DNA of 64,000 nucleotides from Anaerolineae bacterium (lineage in GTDB: Bacteria; Chloroflexota; Anaerolineae; Fen-1058): assembly GCA_003154115.1 (NCBI GenBank), contig PMCF01000212.1, positions 1,277 to 65,276 of the forward strand, given 5' to 3'. The position numbers were made by a program, and so were the translations under genes. Position 1 is the stretch's first letter; each line of letters begins with the position of its first letter. Shown one piece after another: positions 62,891-64,000 of this stretch. The notes under the pieces are model-generated. The model was not told the DNA's origin and searched no databases. It worked only from the letters and a program-made list of their open reading frames with translations.

Positions 62891-64000
62891 ATGCCCACCC
62901 AACCCCTTAGCCCGCTTAAGATTCTATACATCGAAGACGACTCCAACAGCCGCCGCCTGGTGCAGCGTATCCTGCAAGCGGAAGGTTACGAGGTACACGT
63001 CGCCGAAGACGGCCTGGCCGGTCTGGAACTGGCCCGGCAAATTCGCCCGGCGCTGGTGCTGACCGACGTCAATATGGGCGGCATGACGGGTCACGAAGTG
63101 GCCACGCGTTTGAAAGAAATGCCGGAAACCAAGCACACGCCCGTGATCGCCATGACGGCGAACATGCTGCAGACCGATCGCGAAATTGCGCTGGTCGCCG
63201 GCTGCGACGGGTACATTACCAAACCGATCGACATTGATGCGCTGCCCGGCCAGATCGAGCAATTCCTGGCGGGGGCGCGGGAACAGGTCGACGCCGGGGT
63301 GAAAGTTCAGCGGCTGGAAGAATATCGCAACACGCTCGGCGTACGGTTGGAAGCGACGGTGGCCGAGTTGCAGCACGCCAATAATGAGCTGCGCCGCATG
63401 GACAAGATGAAGAAGGACTTTGTGGTCATCACGTCGCATGAGCTGCGCACGCCCGCCACGCTGATCTACGGCTACATCAAGCTGCTCAAGATGGAGACCG
63501 ATCAGTTGAACATAGGCGAGCACTTCGATATGATCGTCGAGAAGATTCTCACCGCGACGCAGCGCATGAACGACGCCGTCGATGCCATCATCAACGTTTC
63601 ACTCATTGACTCCGAGCAGCTGGAACTCACCGCCAAGCCGGTCGATCTACAGGATGTCGTCCAGTCAATCGTGCAGCAGATGCAGCCCGTGGCCTTGCAG
63701 CGCAGCCAGAAATTATACATGAGCGATATGGCGGCGCTGCCGCCGGTACCGGGCGATGCCAACTATCTGCGCAAAGCCCTCTCCAACCTGGTGGATAACG
63801 CCGTCAAATATACGCCCGATGGCGGCAGCATCGGCATTGAGGCCGCAGTCGAATTTGACACCATGCACATCATCGTCAGCGATACGGGCATTGGCATCAA
63901 CCGCGCCGATCAGGAGCACATCTTCGAAAAATTCTACGTCCTGGAAGACAGCGCCTATCATTCCACCAACAAGAGCACCTTCATGGGCGGCGGCATGGGC
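62891..64000 (+). CDS. REC-HisKA-HATPase sensor kinase, 3' end beyond the window
   Basis: Not in the ORF track because there is no stop in the window. ATG 62891 gives MPTQPLSPLKILYIEDDSNSRRL. Receiver motifs LVLTDVNMGG and YITKPID. H-box FVVITSHELRTPATLI. The N-box region LSNLVDNAVKYT follows, and the frame stays open to 64000. Confidence 0.8.
   Translation, partial: MPTQPLSPLKILYIEDDSNSRRLVQRILQAEGYEVHVAEDGLAGLELARQIRPALVLTDVNMGGMTGHEVATRLKEMPETKHTPVIAMTANMLQTDREIALVAGCDGYITKPIDIDALPGQIEQFLAGAREQVDAGVKVQRLEEYRNTLGVRLEATVAELQHANNELRRMDKMKKDFVVITSHELRTPATLIYGYIKLLKMETDQLNIGEHFDMIVEKILTATQRMNDAVDAIINVSLIDSEQLELTAKPVDLQDVVQSIVQQMQPVALQRSQKLYMSDMAALPPVPGDANYLRKALSNLVDNAVKYTPDGGSIGIEAAVEFDTMHIIVSDTGIGINRADQEHIFEKFYVLEDSAYHSTNKSTFMGGGMG

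Overview
High-GC (about 60% on the lines I counted) bacterial chromosomal segment, almost fully coding. All domain calls are made by eye from motifs; no HMM or BLAST search was run. Left 14 kb: the 5' part of a B12-binding radical SAM gene on the minus strand (missed by the ORF track), two tandem paralogous lipoprotein genes, and tRNA-Glu(CUC). Next come an ABC-2 exporter operon (ATPase, permease-GldG fusion, DUF4340) and a small lipoprotein gene. A minus-strand operon follows: GAF histidine kinase -> receiver/class III nucleotide cyclase -> 3xPA14 surface protein. That operon carries a 74-bp MITE-like insertion with an 8-bp target-site duplication. From 14.6 kb to the window end (about 50 kb) every gene is on the + strand, with tiny or negative spacers. 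In order: a REC-PAS-GAF kinase, an OmpR-type regulator, three receiver proteins and an orphan ParA/MinD-type ATPase. Then come ten consecutive giant proteins (730-2041 aa, about 11,600 aa in total) built only from input modules plus GAF arrays. The input modules are an RsbRD_N-like helical domain, PAS, Cache or helical periplasmic sensors with HAMP, and polytopic membrane domains. I see no transmitter, cyclase, GGDEF/EAL, STAS or DNA-binding output in any of the ten. They share family-specific GAF cassettes and all stop at the same point, inside the first third of a further GAF. An eleventh paralogue (57834..61187) continues through that point into HisKA-HATPase-REC-REC. It is flanked by a PF04672-type methyltransferase, a threonine-synthase-like PLP enzyme fused to a receiver, and another REC-kinase. 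I interpret this as a possibly undescribed many-sensors-to-one-kinase signalling array, with a chemosensory-array-like parts list but built from GAF proteins. This is inference, not demonstrated. No CRISPR, prophage, integrase, transposase or defence genes were seen.
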